From assembly GCF_000400465.1 (NCBI RefSeq), contig NW_008806299.1, positions 1 to 32,000 on the forward strand: a DNA stretch of 32,000 bases, read 5' to 3'. Below, one piece after another: positions 1-10,436 of the stretch. Both the position numbers and the translations under genes were made by a program. The DNA is from Wallemia ichthyophaga EXF-994 (taxonomy: Eukaryota; Fungi; Basidiomycota). Below the pieces are notes generated by a model that saw only the letters and a program-made list of their open reading frames with translations, searched no databases and was not told where the DNA came from. Every line of letters begins with the position of its first letter. The stretch's first letter is position 1.

Positions 1-1236
1 CTGGTTGATGTCTATCGCAGGTGTGCGCATTTATTTGACTGTGAAATGTTTTAGTCGCGTTTATATGTCGGTGTTTCCGAGTTGCGAAATTACTGGTTTG
101 AGGAATGGATGGCGCATTCTGGAGAAATTAGAAAAGACCATTTTATCCAAAAAGCCAGTCAGATTACGAGATTACGTTTTGATTCTTCTACCTGCGCTCA
201 TCTCAGCCAGTTCGTCCCCTGTATTATAGTTCAGCTTTTAGTCTGGACGAAGTTTGATGCGCATTGTGCGTTGTATGCTGTACATCATAGATCTACGAGG
301 CCAGGTGAAAACAGCGGTCACTGTAGCAGCTGCTGCTGCTTGTCTTTTGTATCGGTCACGAGCTCTACAAATTTTAATTCCTTGCTGGTTCCGAGAATGT
401 GCTCATCGATGCTTTAGAGTTTGCGCACAGGATTGGAAGATGGGAAGATGAGGAGATACTGATGACCAGATAGCTCTAGTAACTAACTGCGAATACATAC
501 ACGCGGATAATTAGGATTTTGAGAACCGCTTTTCTCGAAAATTGCAATTGCATAAGACCGAGCTGCTCGAGATACGACGCAAGCTTCCAGTTTGCAATAC
601 ATGGCTTGATTGTGGATCTTACAGCGTGCTGAGCTGCACGGCAAACAACTCTCTTTCATATCACCGTGCTTTACGTAACATTGGAGGTAAATCCAATGTC
701 TTATACTCATTATACTGTTTGGTCATTGATATTCAAGCGAGTTTGTCTCATTGTTTCAATCAGATTTCCAACAAGATTGCTGGGATTGATCATGTTTCTG
801 AAGATCCAGTCACTGAGTAGTGGGGATCTAATGCGAATGATGAGAGTCTAATAGAAGAACAAAGGCTGCAATTCGTTGTAACCCTACTCAACTCACAATT
901 GTTGCGGATAAACGTGAAACCTTTGACGTTTGATTGGTGAAGTATTGACAGTAGAAACTTTCTCGAACAAAGAGTAATTTATCACCCCCTCGTAAAAAAT
1001 GGGAAAGTTTATGATACCAATTAGTACGTGCACGAACGAGTTTGTACCGGTAAGTCGCGTTTTTGCATCCACCTAATATATGGCATGAGTAAGTGATCTA
1101 CACGATACACTGAGGGGCCTTCGTTTGCGACGCGAATGAATTGTGACATGCAAAGCGGCGAAAGTGGTCCTGACGGCTCGCTTTAACGGTTCCCTTTTCT
1201 TGGTTCGTCGTTGATGACCATAAAGGCTCCGTGCAT

Positions 1237-1274
1237 GATATAATTGAATTAATTAGATATAATTGAATTAATTA
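1237..1274. repeat. Perfect 19-bp tandem duplication (GATATAATTGAATTAATTA x2) in the velvet upstream region
   Basis: Read directly: copies at 1237-1255 and 1256-1274. Confidence 0.95.
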
Positions 1275-1889
1275 GTAACACTTTGAATCATCTAGCTGCA
1301 GCATATTATAAGTACAGTAGTACTTTCTCTTCGCCTCTTTATGACCCATCCATTACTTTGACGATGTCGTAAACAATATAGGTAAGCGACAGCCAAGAGA
1401 GGTATAAGAATACAAGAGGCTGCTTTTCATTCAACTCTGTATCAAAGAGCAGTCTTGGTCACCTGTAACTGAACTGAAAATCCACTATTTTCTGGTCGAG
1501 ACGTGAGATGCGAGTTTAGGCCTATTATTCAATACAAAAAGCTACTAAAAGAGGCCTATTCATTCCATACTCCATGAGATAAACGTTATACAAAGAGTGA
1601 TTTGGATACAGTGGTGACGTTAAAGAGGAGACTATTGAAAGAATTTAATATGCAGCCTCAAGTCTCTTTGCGGTGTTGCATCATAGCAAATCTGATGTCT
1701 TATAAGTTGGAAATTTTATCCAATACACAGAATAAAAAGTAGAAGCTGATATAATGAAGCCTTACAGCGAAGCTGTTATATAAAAGTGATTTATAATTGA
1801 AAAGTGATTTTTGAAATGAATGATCACCATCGCCCCAAATGATTGTATCCAATTCTCAGGACGATCGACAACGTTTAATCTGCACCACC

Positions 1890-3223
1890 ATGGCCAAGCG
1901 GCAAAGCAATACGAGCTCTTTTGAGCGAAGTTTAAAGCCCAAGCTCGGCAGTGGCTATAAGTTTGCAAGCCATCTGCCCAGAGATATGCGCGCAAAAGCA
2001 CCGTGAGGATCTTATCTTTGGGGAAGAAATCTAGCTTATCGAGCAACAATGCAGCGCCTACACTGTCGATATAAGGCAGCATGCAGAGAACGCTCGCGTA
2101 TGCTCCTTCAAAGAAAAAGGTGCGTCTATCCGCCCACTCCAATTCGGTACTCACAGAACGTTTGATAGTCGATAGGAGACCGATAGATCCTCCGCCAATC
2201 ATACAACTCTATACAGACGAAGTGGATAAGAGGTCCGTGATTTTTGAGATCAACATGAATTGGATCCGCTGACGCCCACTCTAGCGAGTTTCTGCAATCA
2301 ACGTCATTATTTATGACAGCAACTCTTATAAATCCACATGGCAGCCTCGAAGAAGTTTACAGCCAAAGAAACGTTCGGGCCACCGCCGGAATCACCGTCC
2401 AAACTCCTACGAAGCTCAAAGATGAGCATGGCAAGGGTAAGGATAGTATGACTTACGAGCATAGCCTAAAAGGACTGACTAATTCCACTTCGTAGACGGT
2501 TCATTCTGTATTTGGAATCACATATCTGTGCGGCAAGAAGGACACTTCAAACTCCACTTCAGACTCTTCGAAAGGCGTAATCTTGACGTCATAGAAGTCG
2601 CCAGCGCAATATCAAATGTGTTCACAGTTCACAATCCAAAGAACTTTCCTGGAATGTCAGAGTCTAGCTACTTGACTAGATGCCTCGCCAGTCAGGGCGT
2701 TAGGATAAGAGTGAGAAACGAAAATAAAGCGATACGCAATAGGATTTATGAGCATGAGAGCGAAAGTACCTCTCTTGCACCATCAACGTCAACAATGTCA
2801 ACATCATCTGCATCTTCTTCGAAAACCCATCGTGTACAAAAGCAGCAACCTACTAGCAAAATTCAACAAACATCACATCCTATAGTTCCACTTGGATCAT
2901 TGGCCACTATGCCATTTTTTCCAACTCCCCTACATGAAAGCCATATAAGCCAATTTGACCGGATACCCTTCACTAACCCAAATGTCGGTTTCAAAAGCTC
3001 AAGCACTGAAAGCGACAGGAAGTCACAAATATCGCAGCTGCCACGACCATTACCGCCTGGAAGAACTATCTCTGCAAATGTGGATCCGTTGAACTCGGTT
3101 AGTCAATTAAATCAACAGCATCAGCAGCAGAGCAAGGCTAGCATTGATTATCTCCTTGATGCCGCTCGGACGTTAAATGATGATGAAGAGAGGGAGGACA
3201 GAGCCAGACGATTTCAGCTATAG
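1890..3223 (+). CDS. Velvet-domain regulator (VosA-like), about 373 aa, 5 exons
   Basis: ATG in caccaccATGG context. GT-AG introns at 2003-2054, 2120-2168, 2233-2284 and 2437-2495 give an intact 1122-nt frame. Velvet motifs: YTVDIRQHAENARVCSFKEKVDRRPIDPPPIIQL, LKDEHGKDGSFCIWNHISVRQEGHFKLHFRLFE, SNVFTVHNPKNFPGMSESSYLTRCLASQGVRIRVR. The VosA subclass is a recalled resemblance only. Confidence 0.92.
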
Positions 3224-3297
3224 CAGTAACTTATTTGTATTCGTACTTTTCTTTAACAATATGAAGATGTATATTTTAGTCTACGTGATGCGTTCAT

Positions 3298-4498
3298 TCA
3301 AATAATCTGGGATACGTTGAAGAAGCAGCTTGCTTGATCATGATTCGTTTGCTGTTTGTTAAATAATGCTTCTATGTCTGCAAATAGATCTGAGGCGTCG
3401 TTAACGTTAACGTCGGTTGGTGAATATTCAAGCGCGGATATAGCTATGTTCAAATCTCGTGGACTGTTGAGGTACTCAGACTGGCTGCTAGGATAGATGC
3501 TTGGAGGGCTGCCGAGTGGGCTTTCCCAGAAACCTGGTTGGTATGGCAGGGGGCTAGAGGGCAAAGAATCGAGTATTGGCAGTGTATCATTAGCAATTGG
3601 CGTGGTAGTGAGCAAGTGCGTTAGCATCGTTGGCGGTATTGGTGTAACAGGGGGATTGTAGACGACGTTGGGATTGTATAACGGTTTCTTTACGGTCAAA
3701 ACGTCACTCTGTGCACGCGAATGCATAGCTTCATTGCGAGGTCTGCCACGGCATCTACTCTCGCTCCTCTTCTTGCGTGGTGGAGGTGGTGGAGCTGCCG
3801 AATTAATGGCATCTTTTTGGGGTTTGGCCAGTTTGTGACGTTTCAGAGGATGGCGGAGTTGGCGCGGTCGACCGGCTTTACGTGGCTGGTATTTGTAGTC
3901 GGGCCACAGTGTCCTGTGCATCCTCTTCTCATCTTTTGCTAGCTCAGTGAACTTCTCTTTGACTTCCTCGGCCTCTTTCTGCCACAGGTCGGACACAGTT
4001 GCTGAGATTGCACGCGAATCTGGTCTGTTGGTGGGTTGCGATACAGCTGCTTCTCTCAACTCTTTGCTTTTGTGTGAGCGATAGATTATCCAGGCGCTGA
4101 CATGTATTAGACAAGGTTGTCAGCGCATTGTCTACTCACTTGCGTGGACGTGGTATTGCTGGTTTTGGATGCTTAGGGTCTTTGAGAGTACGTCTTATTC
4201 TTTTCTTTTGGCTGCATTGAGGTGCTATCTGGTTCTGAATATGCTGGAATTTGTCGAGTAGACGTTGATGATGATCTGCGTTACACTGCTTCCCCTCGTT
4301 CTCATTCTTATTCTTGTTCTTATTCTCATTCACGTTCTCATCCTCATACTCATGGTTGTATTCATGGTCATACTCATTGTCCCTCTCCATTTCGCCCTCC
4401 TTTACTTCCATATAAAAGAGGTCGTCCAGCATGTTGTACTCCCCTTTGTAATCATGTTTGCCGTCTTGTAATAGTTTCTCTAATAGCGTTTGTTTCAT
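3298..4498 (-). CDS. MATA/SOX-type HMG-box transcription factor, about 385 aa, 2 exons
   Basis: Intron 4097-4139 (GTGAGT...CAG) joins IPRPRN to AWIIYRSHK...ISATVSDLWQKEAEEVKEKFTELAKDEKRMHRTLWPDYKYQPRK, a sequence-specific HMG box. It has an acidic/Asn-rich N-terminus, a PPPPPRKKR NLS-like segment and a Pro/Ser-rich C-terminus. Confidence 0.92.
4298..4378. repeat. Degenerate 6-bp coding microsatellite encoding the E/N/K/H/Y low-complexity tract of the HMG protein
   Basis: TTCTCA/TTCTTA/TTCTTG/TACTCA-like units on the + strand encode NEYDHEYNHEYEDENVNENKNKNKNENE on the - strand. Confidence 0.8.
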
Positions 4499-5162
4499 GT
4501 GGGGTTCCTCGATGTTGTACTGGATGTGACCTTATCTCGCTCTCTATCCACTCAAGTTCCGCGACTGAGAATGTCCATTGTCTTTCGGCCAATGGGGAAA
4601 AGTTAGAAATAACACGCGCTGAAAGCATTAATTTGTTCTAAAGATCCTAAAAGGTGCTCCCCGTGTGTATAATGTTGATGGCCCATCTTTTCGTCCCGCA
4701 ATCTGTCATTTTAAGATGTCACATCCGGGTCATCGTGCCGTTCCTGCAGACCGTTTGGGGCGCTACATTTTGAGGTGAGGACATTCGTTAAGGAGAGAAT
4801 AGCGTAATACTCGCAGTGAATTCTAGTTTTAAGTTACATGACTATAATATGGTTTTGGGTTATTCTTGTGCCCTGGATCGGCTGGTTTGGACCTCTTTCC
4901 TTGACCACGGTCAAGGCATAAACTAGCAAAAAAAAAAACTCAGGAACGAATGATCGTGGTGTGGGAATAGACCTGGAAAGCTACTGCACTGAGATAGCCT
5001 CGTTTCCTTTTCTCGCTGCTTTGACGTAATGCGGGTGTATGGGCGGACGTGATACTTGGCAGCCGAATGCGACCAAAGGGTGTAATGGAGTGGAACGCTC
5101 GCAATGATAAAATTTCTCAGCTAAAATAATGAGGGTGAATGTGTCTGGTTAAGGTTTGCCAT

Positions 5163-5188
5163 CGTGCATGTGCGCGTGCATGCGTGCG
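5163..5188. other. 26-nt perfectly alternating purine-pyrimidine tract (Z-DNA-prone)
   Basis: CGTGCATGTGCGCGTGCATGCGTGCG alternates Y/R without interruption. Confidence 0.7.
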
Positions 5189-5794
5189 GGCTTAATAGAT
5201 ATCGGATGGTAATAGCGGACACTGAGTGTATTTGAGATGTAAGTAAGCACGCAACTAAGCTTTCACGCTTGCCAGCTTTGTGGAGATACCGGCAACCACT
5301 AACCACTAACCAGACGTTACGATGACTCAGACAGTTATGTAATTACCACGCATATGGGTATTGTAAGTATACTGTATTGTGGATATTACATTTGTTGGGC
5401 AGCACACGGATTTGAGTTCTCGATGCAAAAATTGGATCATTCGGATGATCTAAGCGCCGAGTACAACGTTTGCGGACTGCTTCGTCTTGGTCGTTGAGGT
5501 TAGGGAGATCAAGTGATCATAGCAAACCTGATAGGAGTAACGCCAAAGCGGACTTTGAACGGAATGCCAGGTTTATTTGAAGTTCAGAGAGAGTCGAATG
5601 AGTGGAGATAAAGCTTACTAAGAGTAGCGTATTTTGTTTACGGAGAAAGGGTTATACCTGTCTTGCTATGGCCCCAAGTTTTACCGCAAAGAAGAAAGGG
5701 AAAAGCACGCTCCGCTTTAATACCGCAGCAGCGGCCGATTTTCTCTGGCTCACGTGACTCGCACCTTGCCTTTGTTGTGTTTCACGAACACCGC

Positions 5795-5952
5795 TACCCT
5801 CGTTCCTAGTCACGCGGCTAACGGTGTACACATTTTTGCTCAGCTGATTACCCTCAAAAGCTACTTATTTTCCAAGCTGTCGGTGCATTCAGTTGATCTT
5901 GATGCTGACTGCTGGTTCTGAATACCCTCGTTCTTAGTCACGAGGCTATCGG
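5795..5952. repeat. Dispersed 30-bp direct repeat (27/30 identical), copies at 5795-5824 and 5923-5952
   Basis: TACCCTCGTTCCTAGTCACGCGGCTAACGG vs TACCCTCGTTCTTAGTCACGAGGCTATCGG. Confidence 0.9.
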
Positions 5953-6681
5953 CATGCACAACATACACTCAGGCGTAGCAAATCATGATTTTCTACACTG
6001 GTAGCCCTAGCAGTACTTTCTGTATTTGACTCCCTGCCCAATCTTCCAGGCACACGAACAAACATACTGAATCAACAATGGCAAACTCTCATTAGGCACA
6101 TAACACTCTAATTCACAATATTACTCACAACTCTTTATGTCCAAAAAGAATTTTATTGAGAATTACAAGAGAAAGCAAAGAGAGAAAGCAAGTTTGAATA
6201 TTTCAAACCCCCGATGATTGTGACGTGCAATCACCTACGCTCGATGATTTTCCAAAGATGATTTGAGTATATCTGAGATTTGGTAACATTTGGTAACATT
6301 TGATGTGTGTATTGCGAAGCACTTTAGCACCCTTTACAGCGCATAAGGTTTGATATGAGTGAGTGAGATATGCGTCGAACTGATAATTGCGCAGTTAGTC
6401 CTATAATCACATAAACCCTCTAATGCACGAATTGAGCCACGCCAGTTTCATCAATGTATCGGTCCAGGCAGAGCGCGAGATAGAACACTACAAGCATATA
6501 CCAAAGCATGTACTACTAGCATTACCCATTGAAATATTAATTGCACTCCTTCAAATCACAAATCAAATTAAGATTTACTGATTATATAGATCCCGAACCC
6601 GTCACTTTGGATTCGAAAGATCGACCAAGTCAAAAAATAAAATCACATTTAGCAAAACAAAGGCTTACATAGACAACCAAA

Positions 6682-7402
6682 ATGTTCCCAAACTCGATAA
6701 ATTCCCTAAGCCATCTCCCTATACAAACAATGCAGCCGATAAAAGACGAAGTGAATGTCTTTGAGGAGTCTTGGAAGGAGCATAACATGAACAATTTCAA
6801 CCAGCTTTATCCCCACCAAGTTGATCTGCAAGGTGAGTTTGTTAGTGGGACTGATTCACACTGATCTAATTAGTGTGGCAACAGCAACGCCTCACACGTT
6901 GAATATCTCGAATATCTCGCAAATTAAGCCTGAAACAATTATACCACAAACGCAGCCTAACGCTACACAGCCCCTCACACGCCTACAAGCCGCCACACAA
7001 TCGCAGCCCTCGTCATACACTGATAGCGCGAGCAGCGAACGCAGCAGCCCGACCAAGAAGTCTCGCAGAACATCGCACAACTTGGATAACAACGACATTC
7101 CGCCACTGATGAAGCCTGTTGGCCGACGCGGAGATATAAGCCTTCAGTTCGGCGAGGATGGTCGCGAATTGAGCAAGGAGGAGCGCAGGAAAATTACAAT
7201 GGATAGGAACAAGAGTGCTGCAGCTCGCTGTCGTCAGCGCAAGCGCCAGTGGACTCTCAATCTCCAAGAAGAGGTAGATATGCTTTACACGGAGCAGCAG
7301 GCATTGAAAGACGAGAGGCAGCTGCTGAAAAATGAAATAGATGATCTGAGAAAGACAGTAGCTGAGCTGACTAGCTACGCGCTTGAACGAGGACATAGCT
7401 AG
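6682..7402 (+). CDS. ATF/CREB (Atf1/AtfA-like) bZIP transcription factor A, about 222 aa, 2 exons
   Basis: Intron 6833-6884 (GTGAGT...CAG) gives a 669-nt frame. Basic region DRNKSAAARCRQRKRQW is followed by a leucine zipper. N-terminal KDEVNVFEESW resembles the Atf1 OSA motif EPNPFEQSF. Confidence 0.88.
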
Positions 7403-7503
7403 AGAGAAAATTGTTAAAGAAAAACACCGACATTTTCCATTAATAGTACCTCCCAACGAGCATCATCTTGAAATTATAAGCTTTTGTCATTGAAATACAA
7501 TGC

Positions 7504-7522
7504 TTTTTTTTTTTTTTTTTTT
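7504..7522. repeat. Poly(T)19 tract between the two bZIP genes
   Basis: Read directly. Likely a nucleosome-excluding or 3'-end element. Confidence 0.95.
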
Positions 7523-7614
7523 GCATATGATTCATGATATAATATCATTTCACGAATGAATGACACACGTTTGTGTATTCTTTTCAGCAGGCCGTCATCT
7601 GTCTCGGTCTCTGG

Positions 7615-8342
7615 ATGGAAGAGGTTGTCAGTACGGGAGAGCCTAATCCTGACAGCGATATCTGCCGCAATGGTGATATCTACTTTGGCGCCTATAATGA
7701 ATACAACGATAAGAATCCAAAATCTTGGTACGGCACGTTGGCCGGGTTTGAGGGTGGAGAGATTAACGCTGACAATTTCAGAGCACCTGATGAATTCGGT
7801 TTTCCCGCTTTGAACTTTAACTTTCTGAATGTTGATGACAAATCACATCCGAGCGCTGAGACTTCCAACACGGCTACAGCCTCCTCAGAAACGAATGAAG
7901 CTTTATCAAACACTGTAGTCATCCCAAAAACATTCGATCTCGCTGTCCCACCTACCACCGCCAGCAAACCATGGCAAAAGATTCCCGATGCACCACCACT
8001 GATGAAGCCGGTAGTGGGTGGAATGATTGTACTTTGCCGCCGCTGACGCATTTCAAGGGCAGGGTCGGCGATAAGTCTTTGCGCGTCAACGCCGACGGCG
8101 TTAAACTGAGCACGGAGGAACGCAAATCTCTTGCTCTCGAACGCAACCGTAGCGCGGCTCTGCGCAGCCGAACGCGAAAAAAATTATGGCTCACCGAGCT
8201 AGAAACCAAGGTCGAGACACTCACAGCCGAACAAGATAAACTTAAGTCAGAGCGCAGTGCTCTTCAGGAAAAAATTGTCAAGCTTAAAGAAGAGATGATT
8301 GAACTCAAAGAGGAGCTACTACGAAGCCGAGGACAGTTCTAG
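7615..8342 (+). CDS. bZIP transcription factor B, paralog of A, about 227 aa, 2 exons (start codon uncertain)
   Basis: Intron 8014-8057 (GTGGGT...CTGAC...AAG) joins PPLMKPV to GRVGDKSL. Basic region ERNRSAALRSRTRKKLW is followed by a long zipper. First in-frame ATG is at 7615. Confidence 0.85.
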
Positions 8343-8763
8343 TCAGGCTGTTGCTGATCTCTAGTATGTTTTACCTTTCCCCACTCGCCTACACCGACGA
8401 TTTTATACTTATTCTTCTCATGATTGGCATTGTTTAGATTTTTCTGTCAGGTCTCGCATTATAACTACTGAGTATCGCAGTTGTATTATTTAAACATTGG
8501 CGTGGAAAACCGTAATTTTAGCCGGGTGTAAGTGTGATGAGTGTTATGAGTGTGGCAAGTCTTGTGAGCACGGCAAGGACAGGCTTCTGTGATTATTAAG
8601 TCACGCTCACATTACGCTGTATCAAGATGGTCTGCAACTGACCAAGCCATGCATTCGTTTGATAATATGATCAAATCTTAGTTTCGTTCAATGCTCACTT
8701 TCAAGCAGAAATAGGATTTAAAAGTATTATATATCTTTCAAAATCACATCGGAGATCTTCCAA

Positions 8764-8780
8764 CGGAGTCTGTTACTCCG
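8764..8780. promoter_or_regulatory. Gal4-type CGG-N11-CCG site (CGGAGTCTGTTACTCCG) upstream of the alpha-galactosidase
   Basis: Exact 11-nt spacer with 6-bp palindromic arms CGGAGT/ACTCCG, ending 167 bp before the ATG. An extra CGGAG half-site lies at 8750. Function is inferred. Confidence 0.6.
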
Positions 8781-8947
8781 GGCTCCTTGGAGGAGTTCCA
8801 GGGCCACTATCAGATCTGATCTGATGACGTATAGTGAATAAACCAAACTTGCATAAATGAATATTGGTATCACATGCTGCTGTATATTTATTATTCAAGC
8901 CCATACCACATCTCTTGCTTTAGATCATCTTCATTCCAAACATCCAA

Positions 8948-10295
8948 ATGTATCGTACACTCACAAGGACAGCCATAGTAGGCCTCTTAGGCTCAGCAGC
9001 GGCCTTGAATAATGGCGTGGCCATAACGCCCCAGATGGGCTGGAACAGGTTCGTGCTTCTAGCCTCCTCACCACCAACATACTCTTACACAAAGCACAAA
9101 ACACAGCTGGAACACATTCGCATGCGATATAGATCAGGATGTTATTCTCCAGTCTGCCCAGAAACTAGTCGATCTCGGCCTCAGGGATCTCGGATACAAT
9201 TACGTCGGCATAGATGACTGCTGGCAAGCCGACGCTAGAGATCCCGACACAAACAAGCTTAGTTACAACATGGACAAATTCCCAGACGGAATCAAGAGCG
9301 TAGCTGACCAAATCCACGCGCAAGAGATGAAAGTTGGGATCTATTCTTCCGCGGGGACGCAGACTTGTGGTCAGAATCCAGCATCGCTCGGATATGAGAC
9401 GGAAGACGCGACGAGCTACGCGGATTGGGGGATAGATCTGCTGAAGTACGACAATTGCTTCAACCAGGGACAAGCAGGCAATCAGAAACTGAGCTACGAT
9501 AGATACAACGCCATGTCACAGGCACTCAATGCCACTGGTCGTCCCATTGTCTACGCAATGTGCAACTGGGGAGAAGATTCCCCTTGGAAATTCGCACCGA
9601 CAATTGCAAATTCCTGGAGAACTACAGGTGATATCACTGACAAATTCACGGGGGAAGACGCGCGCTGTCCTTGCAAGGGTGATGAAGGTCTCGATTGCCC
9701 ATTGGCAGGGTACCACTGCTCTGTTACAAATATCCTCGAGAAATCAGCATCATTGGGACAGAAAGCTCATACTGGCGCTTGGAATGACCTCGATAGTCTG
9801 GAAGTAGGTGTTGGAAACCTTACAGTTACACAATCCAAATCACACTTCACCATGTGGGCATTCATGAAGTCGCCTCTAATGATTGGCGCTAATCTGGACA
9901 CCATCGATGATGAAAGCCTGGAAATTCTAAGAAACAAGGCCGTGATCGATGTGAATCAAGATAAATTCGGCAGCACCGCACGCAGAGTGTGGAAGCGTCA
10001 AGTTGGTGATGGCGACCTGCAGCTTTGGTTGGCGGCGTTGTCAGGCGATGTGTATGCTATTGCTGTGCTCAACACTTCCTCTCAACAACAGTCTACTGCT
10101 GTGCGCTTCGATGAGGTGTTCAGAGGTATCGACTATGAGGACAGTGACAGGCAAGGTACATACAACCTCATCGACATGTGGCAAAAAGACGGAGATGCCT
10201 GGGGCTTAGGTGTAGGCAATGCGACCGGCACTTTAGAAGATGTCCAAGTTGAGCCATTCGGTGTTATGGCCTATAGATTGACAAAGAGCGCATGA
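8948..10295 (+). CDS. aglB: Secreted GH27 alpha-galactosidase (melibiase), about 429 aa, 2 exons
   Basis: Signal peptide, TPQMGWN|SWN across intron 9049-9106, GYNYVGIDDCW, KVGIYSSAG, LKYDNC (nucleophile Asp), WRTTGDI (acid/base Asp), WNDLDSLEVG and SPLMIG. The CPCKGDEGLDC insertion is recalled from AglB-type enzymes. Confidence 0.95.
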
Positions 10296-10436
10296 GATAA
10301 TGTACCTATGTCCAACACCCAACCTATCCTATTACAGCCAATTTTATATCCAGTCAACGCATGACGCCAAAATTTCCTGTGATTTAAAAATTTCATGATT
10401 TTCTTATCGGCGCGACGATTACACTCTTCCATAACA

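Noticed and set aside
1-851. Several short ORFs and intron-like signals (e.g. 515-686 plus 738-820, DFENRFSRKLQLHK...DPVTE) suggesting the end of a gene
   Set aside because: I could not build a stop-free spliced model or recognise a domain on either strand. It is left unannotated, not shown to be non-coding.
1762-2202. 146-aa antisense ORF across the velvet 5' end
   Set aside because: No recognisable domain, non-ATG start, and it overlaps a well-supported gene. Most likely a shadow ORF.
2584-2591. Perfect CRE palindrome TGACGTCA
   Set aside because: It lies inside velvet coding sequence (LDVI codons), so it is explained by protein coding.
4222-4641. 139-aa and 68-aa + strand ORFs antisense to the HMG gene
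   Set aside because: They stay open because of the stop-poor 6-bp coding microsatellite. Products are low-complexity artefacts.
3298-6681. HMG gene as a marker of a mating-type locus, possibly with a hidden pheromone ORF
   Set aside because: No pheromone receptor or homeodomain gene in the window, and no CAAX-ending small ORF seen by eye (the scan was not exhaustive). MATA-type HMG boxes also occur outside MAT loci.
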